64,000 nucleotides of DNA. Origin: Eledone cirrhosa (lineage: Eukaryota). The stretch covers positions 53,196,001-53,260,000 of the forward strand of contig OZ024747.1 in assembly GCA_964016885.1 (NCBI GenBank), given 5' to 3'. Below are positions 59,056 to 64,000 of this stretch, one piece after another (position 1 is the stretch's first letter; every line of letters begins with the position of its first letter). The notes under the pieces were generated by a model. The model searched no databases and was not told where the DNA came from. It saw only the letters and a list, made by a program, of their open reading frames with translations. Position numbers and translations under genes: made by a program.

Positions 59056-59693
59056 GTAGAAACAATTATATAAAATATAGCGGTGAATTGGCAGTATCGG
59101 TAGAGGTTCGGACGCCATGCTTTGACGCATAGAGTTACGGCCCTTGCCATTCTGAGTTCAAATCCCGCCGAGGTTAACTTTTTTTTTTTCATCCTTACGG
59201 GGGTCGATAAAATAAAGTACCAGTAATTCACTGGGATAATTGCTGGCCTTGTGCCAATAGTAGAAACAATTATATAAAATATAGCGGTGAATTGGCAGTA
59301 TCGGTAGAGGTTCGGACGCCATGCTTTGACGCATAGAGTTACGGCCCTTGCCATTCTGAGTTCAAATCCCGCCGAGGTTAACTTTTTTTTTTTCATCCTT
59401 ACGGGGGTCGATAAAATAAAGTACCAGTAATTCACTGGGATAATTGCTGGCCTTGTGCCAATAGTAGAAACAATTATATAAAATATAGCGGTGAATTGGC
59501 AGTATCGGTAGAGGTTCGGACGCCATGCTTTGACGCATAGAGTTACGGCCCTTGCCATTCTGAGTTCAAATCCCGCCGAGGTTAACTTTTTTTTTTTCAT
59601 CCTTACGGGGGTCGATAAAATAAAGTACCAGTAATTCACTGGGATAATTGCTGGCCTTGTGCCAATAGTGGAAACAATTATATAAAATATAGC
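59056..59693 (+). mobile_element. Three identical tandem SINE copies, 204-bp period
   Basis: Units start at 59056, 59260 and 59464, with a partial fourth at 59668. A box TGGCAGTATCGG, B box GAGTTCAAATCC, tail GGCCTTGTGCCAATAGTAGAAAC. Confidence 0.92.
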
Positions 59694-59757
59694 TGAGAGA
59701 ATGGAAATTGGATTAAGAAATAGTGGAGTGAGCACTCTAAAAAAATATGCCGGGTGC

Positions 59758-60088
59758 CAGGGCTGGATTTAGATCTTGGAATTCTGGGGCATTTCAGGTT
59801 TTGGGGCCCTTGGCACTTCTGATTATTTTTTTTTGGGGGGGGGGGGCTCCTATACAAAAAAATATTTGAAAACACAGCAACCCACCCTCCCAATTTAACA
59901 TATCAAAGTTAGCTTGGCGCAAGTGATTGATATTAAAAGGTTATATATACAATATACAGGTATTAAATACAAACATTCTAACCATCTTCAAACTAAAAAA
60001 CCCAGCTGAGGGCACAAATAAACTGACGAGGCCCCCCACTGCAGGAGCTCGGTGAAATGTCCTCCTCCCCCCATTGAATCCAGCACTT
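59758..60088. mobile_element. hAT-type MITE, same family as 4389-4712
   Basis: TIR CAGGGCTGGATT / AATCCAGCACTT; subterminal homology to the 4389 element. No clear TSD (the right flank is the minisatellite). Confidence 0.7.
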
Positions 60089-62520
60089 GTGCCACGGCTG
60101 TGTACTCGTGCCTGTGGAATGTTACTCACTGTGCCATGGCTGTGGGTACTCGTGCCTGTGGAATGTTACTCACTGTGCCATGGCTGTGGGTACTCGTGCC
60201 TGTGGAATGTTACTCACTATGCTATGGCTGTTGGTACTCGTGTTTGTGGAATGTGACTCACTGTGCCACGGCTGTTGGTACTCGTGTTTGTGGAATGTTA
60301 CTCACTGTGCCACGGCTGTTGATACTCGTGTTTGTGGAGTGTTACTCACTGTGCCACGGCTGTTGATACTCGTGTTTGTGGAATGTTACTCACTGTGCCA
60401 TAGCTGTGTACTCGTGTTTGTGGAGTGTTACTCACTGTGCCACGGCTGTTGGTACTCGTGTTTGTGGAATGTTACTCACTGTGCCACGGCTGTTGATACT
60501 CGTGTTTGTGGAATGTTACTCACTGTGCCACGGCTGTTGATACTCGTGTTTGTGGAATGTTACTCACTGTGCCACGGCTGTTGATACTCGTGTTTGTGGA
60601 ATGTGACTCACTGTGCCACGGCTGTTGATACTCGTGTTTGTGGAATGTTACTCACTGTGCCACGGCTGTTGATACTCGTGTTTGTGGAATGTTACTCACT
60701 GTGCCACGGCTGTTGATACTCGTGTTTGTGGAATGTTACTCACTGTGCCACGGCTGTTGATACTCGTGTTTGTGGAATGTTACTCACTGTGCCACGGCTG
60801 TTGATACTCGTGTTTGTGGAATGTGACTCACTGTGCCACGGCTGTTGATACTCGTGTTTGTGGAATGTTACTCACTGTGCCACGGCTGTTGATACTCGTG
60901 TTTGTGGAATGTTACTCACTGTGCCACGGCTGTTGATACTCGTGTTTGTGGAATGTGACTCACTGTGCCACGGCTGTGGGTACTCGTGTCTGTGGAATGT
61001 TACTCACTGTGCCATAGCTGTGTACTCGTGTTTGTGGAATGTTACTCACTGTGCCACGGCTGTTGATACTCGTGTTTGTGGAATGTTACTGACTGTGCCA
61101 TAGCTGTGTACTCGTGTTTGTGGAGTGTTACTCACTGTGCCACGGCTGTTGATACTCGTGTTTGTGGAGTGTTACTCACTGTGCCACGGCTGTGGGTACT
61201 CGTGTTTGTGGAATGTTACTCACTGTGCCACGGCTGTTGATACTCGTGTTTGTGGAATGTGACTCACTGTGCCACGGCTGTTGATACTCGTGTTTGTGGA
61301 ATGTGACTCACTGTGCCACGGCTGTTGATACTCGTGTTTGTGGAATGTTACTCACTATGCCATAGCTGTTGGTACTCGTGTTTGTGGAGTGTTACTCACT
61401 GTGCCATAGCTGTTGATACTCGTGTTTGTGGAGTGTTACTCACTGTGCCATAGCTGTTGGTACTCGTGTTTGTGGAGTGTTACTCACTGTGCCATAGCTG
61501 TGTACTCGTGTTTGTGGAATGTTACTCACTGTGCCACGGCTGTTGATACTCGTGTTTGTGGAATGTTACTCACTGTGCCATAGCTGTTGATACTCGTGTT
61601 TGTGGAATGTGACTCACTGTGCCACGGCTGTTGGTACTCGTGTTTGTGGAATGTGACTCACTGTGCCATAGCTGTGTACTCGTGTTTGTGGAATGTTACT
61701 CACTGTGCCACGGCTGTTGATACTCGTGTTTGTGGAATGCGACTCACTGTGCCACGGCTGTTGATACTCGTGTTTGTGGAATGTTACTCACTGTGCCATA
61801 GCTGTGTACTCGTGTTTGTGGAATGTTACTCACTGTGCCACGGCTGTTGCTACTCGTGTTTGTGGAATGTTACTCACTGTGCCACGGCTGTTGGTACTCG
61901 TGTTTGTGGAATGTTACTCACTGTGCCATAGCTGTGTACTCGTGTTTGTGGAATGTTACTCACTGTGCCACGGCTGTTGCTACTCGTGTTTGTGGAGTGT
62001 TACTCACTGTGCCACGGCTGTGGGTACTCGTGTTTGTGGAATGTTACTCACTGTGCCACGGCTGTTGGTACTCGTGTTTGTGGAATGTTACTCACTGTGC
62101 CACGGCTGGGTACTCGTGTTTGTGGAATGTTACTCACTGTGCCACGGCTGTTGGTACTCGTGTTTGTGGAATGTTACTCACTGTGCCACGGCTGTTGATA
62201 CTCGTGTTTGTGGAATGTGACTCACTGTGCCACGGCTGTTGGTACTCGTGTTTGTGGAATGTGACTCACTGTGCCACGGCTGTGGGTACTCGTGTCTGTG
62301 GAATGTTACTCACTGTGCCACGGCTGTTGATACTCGTGTTTGTGGAATGTTACTCACTGTGCCACGGCTGTGGGTACTCGTGTCTGTGGAATGTTACTCA
62401 CTGTGCCACGGCTGTTGATACTCGTGTCTGTGGAATGTTACTCACTGTGCCACGGCTGTGGGTACTCGTGTTTGTGGAATGTTACTCACTGTGCCACGGC
62501 TGTGGGTACTCGTGTCTGTG
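60084..62520. repeat. 44-bp minisatellite (with 42-bp variants), ~55 copies: GGAATGTTACTCACTGTGCCACGGCTGTTGATACTCGTGTTTGT
   Basis: Direct reading; no unique spacers. The minus strand of nearly every unit contains ACA|GTGAGT. Confidence 0.97.
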
Positions 62521-62599
62521 CTATGTTCAACTATTTGTATGTTATTTTCACGAGCAAACTGTTCCGTTGTTCGAACAACTGGATGACTCGTCGTCAAAA
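62490..62599 (-). CDS. Candidate internal exon A (phase 1-0) whose 3' end is the first minisatellite unit
   Basis: Acceptor TTTTCTTTCACTCCGTCTGTGTCATGGACCTCCATCAG|, donor ACA|GTGAGTAA. 110 nt, only one open frame: LTTSHPVVRTTEQFARENNIQIVEHSTDTSTHSRGT. Confidence 0.45.
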
Positions 62600-62710
62600 C
62601 TGATGGAGGTCCATGACACAGACGGAGTGAAAGAAAAGTAAACTAAGAGCCACACTGATGGGCAGAGTGGGGGCTGGGAAAGCGACGGAGACAGGAAGAT
62701 GCGAGCAGAT

Positions 62711-62747
<37 letters not shown>

Positions 62748-62962
62748 GAAAAATATGGGGAGAAGAATACTGCATGGTTGCACATGGATAACATGTTATA
62801 AAATGAGTCCATCATCAGTGATTTGCCAACGGTCATTGGTATTTCATTGCATTAAAAATCATATACCTCACGTTGGTGCAATAATAACTAAAATAAGTTA
62901 TTAGGACAATTAAAACGCGTAAAGCGAGTGAGACAAGTAAACAACACAGGGGAAAGCTAACC

Positions 62963-63011
<49 letters not shown>

Positions 63012-63055
63012 AGAAAAAAAGAGATTCAGTGTTGCGGCGAATGGAATTTATTGGA

Positions 63056-63147
63056 CATATTACAATCGTTTCTCGAGCGACCAGCTCGAGGTACGATCGA
63101 TGTGATGATCGAGCCTGACTCTGAAAATCGCAAGGTCCTCAGATACG
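63056..63147 (-). ncRNA. Hammerhead-like motif with a long branched stem II, overlapping a 64-nt hairpin (63138-63201)
   Basis: CGTAT-CTGAGGA-[~63 nt including TCGAT/ATCGA and TCGAGC/GCTCGA hairpins]-GAAA-CGATTG-TA-ATATG; the element ends at (TA)n near 63008. Confidence 0.55.
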
Positions 63148-63637
63148 CCTTGATTCTACGAAGCAAATTTTCCTGCTTCTTAGAATCAATACGTATCTGA
63201 GAGAGGGGGGTGGGGCAATATAGTTGAATTCTTTAACTGTGAATTATCTCAAGGAGAAAATATCGGCTCTGGGAACGGTGGAATAAATATGTAGAAGGAA
63301 TTAATGTTACTGAAATGTTCACTTTCCTTATTAAACTGTTTTGTTCATTATCAAAGATATCTTGTTATACATGTTTGAGTGTCTGTAGAGTTGTACGGAA
63401 CGAAAGAATGGGCCTCCGTCAGTTTCGCCGATCAGTGTTTCAGTTGGCCAATCAACGAAACAACCTGTTTATGAATTTAACCTGCATGTGGTGGTGCATT
63501 CTACAGACACTATCACCGTAACATAATACTCAGGGAGATTCAGCATGACAGTGAGTGACAAGGTTGGCACATTGAATTACGGTTTTTAGCGGAACATATG
63601 TATGATCTTGTGAACGTGCGTGGCTTATAGTTTAGAG

Positions 63638-63949
63638 CAGAGGTTCTCAAAGAGGGTGTTGCTGCCTCGCGGGGGGTGTTGAGAAGGACCAGGGGGCGGT
63701 AGAGATGATACAATAGTATATTAAATATCAAATGATACATATATATAAATATAGTATGAAACATATATAATATTTATTTATACATAGTATAAATTATATT
63801 ATTTTTTATATATAAATTAACGATTTTATTTATTATATATTATTTAGGATTTGTGTGTAGGCAGGTTTCTCAGGAAATAGGGGTGGGTGTGCTGAGGGTA
63901 TTGCATGGCCGTGAGGTGGGTGGTGACCCAAAAAGTTTGACAACCTCTG
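63638..63949. mobile_element. hAT/Charlie-type MITE
   Basis: TIRs CAGAGGTTCTCAAA / TTTGACAACCTCTG. 8-bp TSD GTTTAGAG (63630-63637) / GCTTAGAG (63950-63957). Confidence 0.88.
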
Positions 63950-64000
63950 GCTTAGAGTTTTTGGCTCATGTTTCAGAATCCTCATTCCTGCTCCCTCATC

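Noticed and set aside
59080-59180. tRNA genes at SINE heads
   Set aside because: A and B boxes are present but too widely spaced, there is no cloverleaf, and SINE body and tail follow.
60084-62520. CRISPR-like array or Cys-rich protein repeat
   Set aside because: Units are contiguous with no unique spacers, there are no cas genes, and the context is eukaryotic. 44 is not a multiple of 3, so the Cys-rich ORFs cycle through frames and stop.

Overview
AT-rich, microsatellite-saturated eukaryotic genomic DNA. The tRNA-derived SINE families suggest an octopod cephalopod (inference). Almost all ORFs in the supplied track are artefacts of simple repeats. One clearly recognisable protein-coding unit is present: an intact R4/Dong-clade non-LTR retrotransposon (RT + CCHC + restriction-like endonuclease) on the minus strand at 9730-13338, with a TAA tail and a candidate 7-bp TSD. 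Other content: a ~25-kb satellite of 42-bp triplet-structured units (23.9-49.1 kb); a 44-bp minisatellite (60.1-62.5 kb) in which essentially every unit carries a GTGAGT splice donor and which abuts a candidate exon; three phase-compatible candidate minus-strand exons (57.6-62.6 kb); about ten short Penelope-type relics in (TA)n tracts carrying minimal hammerhead-ribozyme motifs and/or long fold-back palindromes; several SINEs (one triplicated in tandem); three hAT-type MITEs; and fragments of CRE- and RTE-clade LINEs. No rRNA, genuine tRNA gene or CRISPR array was seen. All calls were made by eye, without database searches.
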